Shown here: positions 1 through 6,536 of the stretch, in pieces
How the letters are laid out: each line of letters opens with the position of its first letter
How positions within the stretch are numbered: position 1 is the first letter of the stretch
Assembly (NCBI RefSeq): GCF_001306055.1
Contig: NZ_LGHJ01000025.1
Span: 1 to 14,285 of the forward strand
Source: Bellilinea caldifistulae
GTDB taxonomy: Bacteria > Chloroflexota > Anaerolineae > Anaerolineales > Anaerolineaceae
DNA: 14,285 nucleotides
Direction: 5' to 3'
Position numbers and translations under genes: made by a program
Notes under the pieces: generated by a model
The model's input: only the letters and a program-made list of their open reading frames with translations
What the model was told of the DNA's origin: nothing
Database searches by the model: none

Positions 1-29
1 TAAACAGGTTTGGGATGAGGTAAAGCCCA

Positions 30-269
30 GTGGATGCACGCATTAGCCGGATTGAGTTTAGCAAGCGGCAACGTCAGGTATTGGCGTTGATTGCGCAGGG
101 TTACACGACCGGTCAGATTGCCTGTGCTTTGGGGATTAGTCGGCGAACCGTGCTTGCGTATTCTGCATATTTGCGCAGTCTGACTGGTGCGGCTAACAAT
201 GCTGGTCTGGTGCATGTTTGTTGGGAGATGGGCGTTTTGCCTTTGGATTGTGCCGGCTTATCAACGTGA
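30..269 (+). CDS. Stand-alone LuxR/GerE-type helix-turn-helix transcriptional regulator (79 aa)
   Basis: GTG start at 30, preceded by GAGG (17-20) and bounded by an in-frame TAA (21-23). The translation carries the LuxR/GerE C-terminal HTH pattern (SKRQRQVLALIAQGYTTGQIACALGISRRTVLAYSAYL). There is no receiver or ligand-binding domain; the ORF is only the DNA-binding module. Confidence 0.7.
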   Translation: MDARISRIEFSKRQRQVLALIAQGYTTGQIACALGISRRTVLAYSAYLRSLTGAANNAGLVHVCWEMGVLPLDCAGLST

Positions 270-330
270 AGCCGGAGACCGCAAGCGGAGCGATTAGCGG
301 AGCATTGCGGGCGTAGGCTTGACCTGCCCT

Positions 331-376
331 TTGCCCCCTCAGGGGGCAAGCGCATTGTGGGGGGCTTGCCCCCCAC
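331..376. repeat. Two adjacent GC-rich palindromes built from copies of GGGGGCAAG / CTTGCCCCC
   Basis: Arms TTGCCCCCT (331-339) and AGGGGGCAA (341-349) are complementary, as are GTGGGGGGC (357-365) and GCCCCCCAC (368-376). GGGGGCAAG (342-350) is also the exact complement of CTTGCCCCC (365-373), so alternative pairings exist. No T-tract follows. Confidence 0.6.
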
Positions 377-449
377 AGGGCGCAAGCTTTCAATGGCGGA
401 CATTTGCTAGCCCGCAGCCCGGAGGGCAAGGGCGGTAGCAAAGGACGCC

Positions 450-529
450 GTGCGCCACAAGAGCGGTGGTGGAGTGACGCCGTAGGCGGAACGACACCAC
501 CAAAACCCTACCTTTCCGCAGTGGCGCAC
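450..529. other. 80-nt nested three-helix stem-loop (candidate structured RNA or REP-like element)
   Basis: Three perfectly nested complementary pairs: GTGCGCCAC (450-458) with GTGGCGCAC (521-529), GGTGGTG (465-471) with CACCACC (495-501), and CGCC (478-481) with GGCG (485-488) around a GTA loop. Strand and function are unknown. Confidence 0.3.
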
Positions 530-544
530 ATTACCTTTTGGTTC

Positions 545-773
545 TGAATCATGATTCACGACTGGTGGCCAGGCTGACTGCGGTGGCCAGGCTGACTGTG
601 GCATGATTCACGACTGGTGGCCAGGCTGACTGCGGTGGCCAGGCTGACTGTGGCATGAATCACGACTGGTGGCCAGGCTGACTGTGGCATGATTCACGAC
701 TGGTGGCCAGGCTGACTGCGGTGGCCAGGCTGACTGTGGCATGAATCACGACTGGTGGCCAGGTGAATCACTA
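545..773. repeat. Tandem direct-repeat array, 52-nt unit with a nested 18-nt sub-repeat (about 4.5 copies)
   Basis: Units at 551-602, 603-654, 655-688 (34 nt, one sub-repeat missing), 689-740 and 741-773 (truncated). Unit = ATGA(T/A)TCACGACT + 2 x GGTGGCCAGGCTGACTG(C/T) + GGC. The array is entered through the perfect 14-bp palindrome TGAATCATGATTCA (545-558). No spacers. Confidence 0.95.
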
Positions 774-918
774 CGATCTACTTTATTCACTTACGGCGGT
801 GGTTGAATGGTTGCTTGCTGCTTTGTGTTAGTTTCAATCCGTTGTTCTGAGACGATTTATCGAAACTTTGTGTTTCAGGGTGAAACAGTTATTTTGCTTT
901 AATTCAATTAATTTTTTT

Positions 919-992
919 CCGTCATTCTTTACGAGCGCAGCGAGCGCGGCAATCTCCCGCAAAGCCTTGGCGGAGGCAGGGCGGGAGATTAC
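919..992 (+). repeat. Solo copy of the repeat family that forms the 5091-5775 array
   Basis: CCGTCATT..ACGAGCGCAGCGAGCGCGGCAATCTCCCGC (919-960) closely matches the first half of the array unit. AATCTCCCGC (951-960) pairs perfectly with GCGGGAGATT (981-990) across a 20-nt loop. Confidence 0.75.
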
Positions 993-1117
993 CAACGGGC
1001 AAAGCGGCTTAACAATTTTGCAAAGATTAATTTCGACCAACCTAAAATTTGTTATAAACAAGTTGTCCAGTGGTATTTTTTTTTCTCAATTTTTTCTCGC
1101 CCTTGTAGGGAAAAATT

Positions 1118-1816
1118 ATGCCCACCCTCAGCCGCACCATGCTCCTGACCGGAATTTTCCTCCTGCTGGCAGGCCTGTTCTGGCAGCCGTTGCCGGCGGT
1201 TCGCGCCTCACCGGCGGCGCAAAGCACGCCGGAGGTGGCTTGTGATGACTACAAGGTGTACCTGCCGCTGATTGCCAACGCTCCCGCCAGCCAGCCGAAT
1301 CAGCCGACTAACACCTGCCTGACCGGCGAAGAAGAAAAACTGGGCAACCTGATCAACGCCTACCGCCGCGAAAAAGGTCTGCCGCCAGTGACTTTCTCCC
1401 AATCGCTGACCCGCGTCGCCCAGGCTCACGTGCGCGACCTGTACGAAAACCGCCCCAATACCGGGGAATGCAACCTGCACTCGTGGTCGGATAAGGGCAA
1501 CTGGACGCCGGTGTGCTACACACCGGATCACAAAAACGCCAGCGGCATGTGGCTGAAGCCCAAAGAGATTACCAACGGCATTTACACCGGCTACGGCTTT
1601 GAGATTGCCTACTGGCACAGCGCCCGGGCAACCGCCGATGGGGCTTTTGCCGCCTGGAAAGCCAGCAGCGGCCACAACGCCGTGATGATTGAAGACAGCA
1701 TCTGGAAGGGGATGAACTGGGGAGCAATGGGCATCGGCATCTACCAGAATTACGCGGTGGTGTGGTTTGGTCAGCCGGCCGACCCACTGGGGAGTGCGAC
1801 CGCCTGCCCGCGCTGA
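1118..1816 (+). CDS. Secreted CAP/SCP (YkwD-like, cysteine-rich secretory protein family) domain protein
   Basis: The N-terminus is a hydrophobic signal-like segment (LLTGIFLLLAGLFW..AVRASPAA). The remainder shows CAP-domain blocks (LINAYRREKGLPPV, AQAHVRDL, GHNAVMIE, YAVVWFG). Confidence 0.7.
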   Translation: MPTLSRTMLLTGIFLLLAGLFWQPLPAVRASPAAQSTPEVACDDYKVYLPLIANAPASQPNQPTNTCLTGEEEKLGNLINAYRREKGLPPVTFSQSLTRVAQAHVRDLYENRPNTGECNLHSWSDKGNWTPVCYTPDHKNASGMWLKPKEITNGIYTGYGFEIAYWHSARATADGAFAAWKASSGHNAVMIEDSIWKGMNWGAMGIGIYQNYAVVWFGQPADPLGSATACPR

Positions 1817-1854
1817 AAAGTCCGCCCCGGCTGCTTTTCAGGTACAATTAAATC

Positions 1855-2952
1855 ATGTCCAGCCTGCCGCTCGATCAGGTCATCCAGGGTGACTGTGTGG
1901 AGGTGCTCAACCGCCTGCCGCCCGAATCGATTGACCTGATTTTTGCCGACCCGCCCTACAACCTGCAATTGCGCAACGAGCTGCGGCGGCCGGATCACAG
2001 CCGGGTGGCGGGGGTAACCGATCCCTGGGACCGCTTCGCGGACTTTGAGGCTTACGACCAGTTCACCCTTGCCTGGCTGAGCGCCTGCCGGCGGGTGCTA
2101 AAAGCCAGCGGCACGCTGTGGGTGATCGGCAGTTACCACAACATTTACCGGGTGGGTTACCACCTCCAAAATCTGGGGTTCTGGATTTTGAACGACATCG
2201 TCTGGATCAAAACCAACCCGATGCCCAACTTCCGCGGGGTGCGCTTTACCAATGCCCACGAAACGCTGATCTGGGCGCAGAAAGAACGCGGCAAGCCCTA
2301 CACCTTCAACCACCACGCCATGAAGGCGCTCAACGGCGACCTGCAAATGCGCAGCGACTGGCATCTGCCGATCTGCAGCGGCAGCGAGCGCCTGCGCGAA
2401 AACGGCGCCAAAGCCCACTCCACCCAAAAACCGCGTGCTCTGCTTTACCGGGTTCTGCTGGCAGCTTCCAACCCCGGCGATGTGGTGCTGGACCCGTTTT
2501 TCGGCAGCGGCACCACCGGCGAGGTTGCCCGATGGCTGGGGCGGCACTGGATCGGCATTGAACGCGATCCGCGCTATATGGAACTGGCGCGCCGCCGGCT
2601 GGCAAACACATCCGCAGCGCCCCCCGCCACACTGACCCAGACCAACCCGCGCCGTGAACCGCGCCTGCCGTTTGGTGCCTTGCTGGAACACGGTCTGCTA
2701 CAAGCCGGGCAAACCCTGTACTTCGAGGGCCGCACGGAACACACGGCGCTGGTTTTAGCCGACGGACGAGTCGAGTATAATGGAATGCGTGGCTCAATCC
2801 ACCTGATTGCCCGCCAGATCGCCGCAGCAGCGGTCAACGGCTGGCAGCAATGGCATTACTTCGATCCTCACGACGAGACCCTGCGCCCGATTGACCACCT
2901 CCGCCAAAAACTCAAATCCATACTGTTCAAACCAAGAGAGGAAGAAGAATGA
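1855..2952 (+). CDS. ccrM: CcrM-family (beta-class) site-specific N6-adenine DNA methyltransferase, orphan
   Basis: Beta-class motif order: DPPY first (DLIFADPPYNL), the AdoMet motif later (DPFFGSGTTG). Blocks WVIGSYHNI, NDIVWIKTNPMPNFRGVRFTNAHETLIWA and HSTQKPRALL match what I recall for Caulobacter CcrM / M.HinfI relatives. So does the roughly 80-aa C-terminal extension (PRLPFGALLEHGLL...GSIH...NGW..WHY). No restriction endonuclease candidate on either side. Confidence 0.85.
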   Translation: MSSLPLDQVIQGDCVEVLNRLPPESIDLIFADPPYNLQLRNELRRPDHSRVAGVTDPWDRFADFEAYDQFTLAWLSACRRVLKASGTLWVIGSYHNIYRVGYHLQNLGFWILNDIVWIKTNPMPNFRGVRFTNAHETLIWAQKERGKPYTFNHHAMKALNGDLQMRSDWHLPICSGSERLRENGAKAHSTQKPRALLYRVLLAASNPGDVVLDPFFGSGTTGEVARWLGRHWIGIERDPRYMELARRRLANTSAAPPATLTQTNPRREPRLPFGALLEHGLLQAGQTLYFEGRTEHTALVLADGRVEYNGMRGSIHLIARQIAAAAVNGWQQWHYFDPHDETLRPIDHLRQKLKSILFKPREEEE

Positions 2953-4733
2953 CCACCACTGATACCCGTTATCCGCAAACCCGCTGGAGCCTCAGCGACC
3001 TGTTCCCCGCCCCCAACAGCAGCGAACTGGAAAACGCCTTCCAGACGCTGGATCAACTGGTGGCCGAGTTTGAAACCTACCGGGGCAGTCTGCGCGAGGA
3101 CATTTCCGTCGAGGAATTTTTGAAAATCCTGCAACAGTTGGAGAAAATTCAAAATCTGGGGGCGCGGCTGTACGCCTACGCCGGGCTGCTGTTCTCCGAG
3201 GATACCCAGAACCAGACCGCCCAAACCCTGACGGCGCGGGTGGAGCAGTTTGTCGCCGACCTGACCAACCGCACGCTGTTTTTCAACCTGTGGTGGAAAG
3301 ACCTTTCCGATGAAGCCGCCGCCCGGTTGATGCCGGCTGCCGGTGACCTGGAATACTGGCTGGAAGCGCTGCGCCACTTCAAGCCCCACACCCTCAGCGA
3401 AGCCGAGGAAAAAATCATCAACATCAAGAATGTGACCGGCGTCAACGCCCTGCAAATGCTGTACAGTTCCATCACCAACCGCTACACCTTCAAAATTACG
3501 GTGGATGGCGAGGAAAAGGAACTGACCCGCGGTGAGTTGATGGTCTACGTGCGCGGCGCCGACCCCGACCTGCGCGCCGCCGCCTATCAGGAACTCTACC
3601 GCGTCTACGGCAACGACGGGACGATTCTGGGGCAGATTTATCAGGCGCTGGTGCGCGACTGGCGCAATGAGCAGATCAACCTGCGCAAACACCGCACGCC
3701 CATGTCGGCGCGCAATCTGGTCAACGACCTGCCGGATGAGGTGGTGGATACGCTGCTGGATGTGTGCGCCAGCAACGTAGATGTGTTCCAGCGCTACTTC
3801 CGCCTCAAAGCCCGCTGGCTGAAGATGAATCGGCTGCGCCGCTATGATATTTACGCGCCGGTTGCCAAAGCCGATAAGCACTATCCCTTCGATCAGGCCG
3901 CCGTGACCGTCTTCGACGCCTTCCGCGAGTTCGACCCGCAAATTGCCGAGCTGGCGCGGCGGGTGTTCGAGGAGAAACACCTTGACAGCGAGGTGCGCAA
4001 GGGCAAGCGCAGCGGCGCGTTCTGCTGGGGCGCCGTGCCGGAACTGACCCCGTGGGTGCTGCTCAACTACCAGGGGCGCGCCGATGATATGGCAACCATG
4101 GCGCACGAATTGGGGCATGCCATCCACTCCATGCTGGCATCCCATCACAGCGTGCTGACGTGGCACTCCAACCTGCCGCTGGCCGAAACCGCCTCCACCT
4201 TCGGCGAAATGCTGCTGATTGACCGCCTGCTCAAAAGCGAAAGCGACCCGGCTGTGCGGCGCGACCTGCTCTTCCGCCAGATTGACGACGCCTACGCCAC
4301 CATTCAACGGCAGGTCTTCTTTGCACTGTTTGAACGCGATGCGCATGAAATGGTGCATCAGGGCGCCTCGGTGGATGAACTGGCAAACGCTTATATGGAA
4401 AACCTGCGCCGTCAATTTGGGGACGCGGTAGATGTCAGCAACGAGTTCCGCTGGGAGTGGGTTTCCATTCCGCACATTTTCGATGTGCCGTTCTACGTGT
4501 ACGCCTATGCGTTCGGGCAATTGCTGGTATTCTCCCTTTATCAGCAGTACAAAGCCGAAGGGGATTCGTTCAAACCGCGCTACTTGAAAATCCTTTCGAC
4601 CGGCGGCTCGAAAGCGCCGATTAAGGTGTTGAGCGAGGCGGGCGTGGACGTCAGCCAGCCGTCCTTCTGGCAGGGCGGTTATGACTTCATCCGCCAGCAG
4701 ATAGAGGCGCTGGAGAGCATTCCGATTGAATGA
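2949..4733 (+). CDS. pepF: M3B-family oligoendopeptidase F (zinc metallopeptidase)
   Basis: HEXXH zinc motif (MAHELGHAIH) with a downstream glutamate block (ETASTFGE). The 594-aa length and helical N-terminal domain fit PepF. ATG 2949 overlaps the methyltransferase stop (ATGA) and follows GAGAGGAAGAAG. Confidence 0.85.
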   Translation: MTTTDTRYPQTRWSLSDLFPAPNSSELENAFQTLDQLVAEFETYRGSLREDISVEEFLKILQQLEKIQNLGARLYAYAGLLFSEDTQNQTAQTLTARVEQFVADLTNRTLFFNLWWKDLSDEAAARLMPAAGDLEYWLEALRHFKPHTLSEAEEKIINIKNVTGVNALQMLYSSITNRYTFKITVDGEEKELTRGELMVYVRGADPDLRAAAYQELYRVYGNDGTILGQIYQALVRDWRNEQINLRKHRTPMSARNLVNDLPDEVVDTLLDVCASNVDVFQRYFRLKARWLKMNRLRRYDIYAPVAKADKHYPFDQAAVTVFDAFREFDPQIAELARRVFEEKHLDSEVRKGKRSGAFCWGAVPELTPWVLLNYQGRADDMATMAHELGHAIHSMLASHHSVLTWHSNLPLAETASTFGEMLLIDRLLKSESDPAVRRDLLFRQIDDAYATIQRQVFFALFERDAHEMVHQGASVDELANAYMENLRRQFGDAVDVSNEFRWEWVSIPHIFDVPFYVYAYAFGQLLVFSLYQQYKAEGDSFKPRYLKILSTGGSKAPIKVLSEAGVDVSQPSFWQGGYDFIRQQIEALESIPIE

Positions 4734-5020
4734 GCAAATTGCCATACTTCGTTTACATCTTGACGAATTCGTACAACACCGTTTTATACACAGGTGTAAC
4801 CAATGACCTGATCAGAAGAATTAATGAGCATAAAAACGGAATTGGAAGTAAGTTCACATCCCGCTATCGCGTTCATAAATTGGTGTATGTTGAGTCAACG
4901 GAGAGCGTAGAGGGCGCCATTGGAAGGGAAAAACAAATCAAAGGTTGGTCGAGGGCGAAAAAGGTTTCGTTGATCGAATCGGTAAATCCTGAATGGAAAG
5001 ATCTTTCTGATGAGTTGTGA
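4730..5020 (+). CDS. Small GIY-YIG nuclease-domain protein (UPF0213-like, 96 aa)
   Basis: GIY-YIG signature YFVYILTN..LYTGVTNDLIRRINEHK plus REKQIKGWSRAKK. The start ATG overlaps the pepF stop (ATGA at 4730-4733). Composition is clearly more AT-rich than the neighbours: 22 of the first 60 nt are G+C, against 33 of the last 60 nt of pepF (hand count). Confidence 0.85.
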   Translation: MSKLPYFVYILTNSYNTVLYTGVTNDLIRRINEHKNGIGSKFTSRYRVHKLVYVESTESVEGAIGREKQIKGWSRAKKVSLIESVNPEWKDLSDEL

Positions 5021-5090
5021 TTATTTTGTAACTTCATTGCTGGCGGGAAAAACACTCTCCCGCGTGGGTGTAGACGCGAAAATAGTGTTC

Positions 5091-5775
5091 ACGTCATTGC
5101 AAGCGAGCGCAGCGAGCGCGGCAATCTCCCGCAAGACCGGCGGGGAGACCCCTCACTCCGTTCGGGGTGACATTAAGGGGTTTACGTCATTGCAAGCGAG
5201 CGCAGCGAGCGCGGCAATCTCCCGCAGAGCCGGCGGGGAGACCCCTCACTCCGTTCGGGGTGACATTAAGGGGTTTACCTCATTGCAAGCGAGCGCGGCA
5301 ATCTCTCGCAAGACCGGCGGGGAGACCCCTCACTCCGTTCGGGGTGACATTAAGGGGTTCACGTCATTGCAAGCGAGCGCGGCAATCTCCCGCAGAGCCG
5401 GCGGGGAGACCCCTCACTCCGTTCGGGGTGACATTAAGGGGTTTACCTCATTGCAAGCGAGCGCGGCAATCTCCCGCAGAGCCGGCGGGGAGACCCCTCA
5501 CTCCGTTCGGGGTGACATTAAGGGGTTTACGTCATTGCGAGCGAGCGCGGCGAGCGCGGCAATCTCCCGCAAGACCGGCGGGGAGACCCCTCACTCCGTT
5601 CGGGGTGACATTAGGGGGTTCACGTCATTGCGAGCGAGCGCAGCGAGCGCGGCAATCTCTCGCAAGACCGGCGGGGAGACCCCTCACTCCGTTCGGGGTG
5701 ACATTAGGGGGTTTACGTCATTGCAAGCGAGCGCGGCGAGCGCGGCAATCTCCCGCAAGACCGGCGGGGAGATTC
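5091..5775 (+). repeat. Tandem array of an 84/93-nt two-hairpin unit (7 full copies plus a truncated 8th)
   Basis: Units at 5091-5183, 5184-5276, 5277-5360, 5361-5444, 5445-5528, 5529-5621, 5622-5714 and 5715 to about 5772. They are near-identical, and the 93 vs 84 difference is a 9-nt internal duplication. The strand assignment rests on U-G wobble positions (see findings). Confidence 0.95.
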
Positions 5776-5849
5776 CCACCTGCACTGCACCAAACGCAGT
5801 GCGGTGCAAGCGTCGCTTCGCTCGGAATGACATAAAGAAGGAGTAATCC

Positions 5850-6512
5850 ATGTACATTGCCATAGAAGGTGTCATTGGAGTTGGAAAAACGACCCTGGCG
5901 CGGCTTTTACAGCCGCGCTTTGAAGCCAATTTGCTGCTGGAAGTCTTTGAAGAAAACCCCTTCTTGAGCAGTTTCTACGCCGACCGGGCACGCTACGCTT
6001 TTCAAACCCAAATCTTCTTCCTGCTCAGCCGTTATAACCAGCAGCGCTACAGCGTTCCCGCCCTGCTGGCCGAAGGAAAACCGCTGATCAGCGATTACAC
6101 CTTTGAAAAAGACGCCCTGTTTGCGCGCATCAACCTGAAAGGCGATGAACTGGAAACCTACTACCGCGTTCACGAAGCCCTGATTGAAAAGATTATCCCC
6201 CCTGATTTGGTGGTCTACCTGCGCGCCAGCACCAATACCCTGATGCAGCGCATTGCCCTACGCGACCGTCCCTACGAGCGCAACATGGAACGCGACTACA
6301 TCGCCGAACTCAATCAGGCGTATGATGAATTCTTCCTCTCGTCCAAACCACGTTTCCCGGTGCTGGTCATCGAAAGCGACCCGCTCGATTTTGTGCGCAA
6401 CGAAGGGGATCTGGAATGGATTGAGAACCGCATCCGGCAGGCGTTGCGCCTGTCCCCCTTTCAGCCGGAATTACCGCTGGATACACCCGCCGAATCGGGG
6501 CATTCAAACTGA
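5850..6512 (+). CDS. Deoxynucleoside kinase (dAK/dGK-type dNK family)
   Basis: P-loop IAIEGVIGVGKTT at the N-terminus, plus dNK blocks EENPFL..FY.D..RYAFQTQIFFLLSR and LRDRPYER. Strong RBS AAGGAG (5838-5843) sits 6 nt upstream of the ATG. Confidence 0.85.
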   Translation: MYIAIEGVIGVGKTTLARLLQPRFEANLLLEVFEENPFLSSFYADRARYAFQTQIFFLLSRYNQQRYSVPALLAEGKPLISDYTFEKDALFARINLKGDELETYYRVHEALIEKIIPPDLVVYLRASTNTLMQRIALRDRPYERNMERDYIAELNQAYDEFFLSSKPRFPVLVIESDPLDFVRNEGDLEWIENRIRQALRLSPFQPELPLDTPAESGHSN

Positions 6513-6536
6513 CTTTTCCCCTGAGGAGGTAAGCCC

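Noticed and set aside
834-1245. ORFs 868-1245 (+), 834-1061 (-) and 407-604 (-)
   Set aside because: They are generated by the solo repeat copy and the 52-nt array (for example AASAAISR and PQSAWPPQSAWPP). They also overlap the well-supported CAP-domain gene start.
1814-1840. Hairpin TGAAAAG...CTTTTCA after the CAP-domain gene as a terminator
   Set aside because: The stem is 7 bp and A/U-rich, with a 13-nt loop and no following T-run. The methyltransferase ATG is only 15 nt further on. This is too weak to call.
1855-2952. A complete restriction-modification system
   Set aside because: There is no endonuclease-like ORF on either side. The neighbours are a CAP-domain protein and pepF, the latter overlapping the MTase stop.
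2868-4745. 625-aa ORF on the minus strand
   Set aside because: It is the antisense shadow of pepF in GC-rich DNA. It has no recognisable domain, whereas the + strand frame has a clean HEXXH peptidase signature.
5091-5775. Reading this array, or the 545-773 array, as CRISPR
   Set aside because: The repeats abut directly with no unique spacers. Unit lengths of 84/93 and 52 nt are outside CRISPR repeat sizes. No cas genes are in the window.
5010-5846. 278-aa ORF (and the overlapping 222-aa ORF 5167-5835) reading through the 84/93-nt array
   Set aside because: Both frames are open only because the unit lengths are multiples of 3. The products are low-complexity repeats (GFTSLQASAASAAISRKTGGETPHSVRGDIK). 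There is no RBS, and the start overlaps the GIY-YIG gene end. Solo copies of the same DNA lie in intergenic regions in other contexts. I treat it as a nucleotide-level repeat, not a gene.
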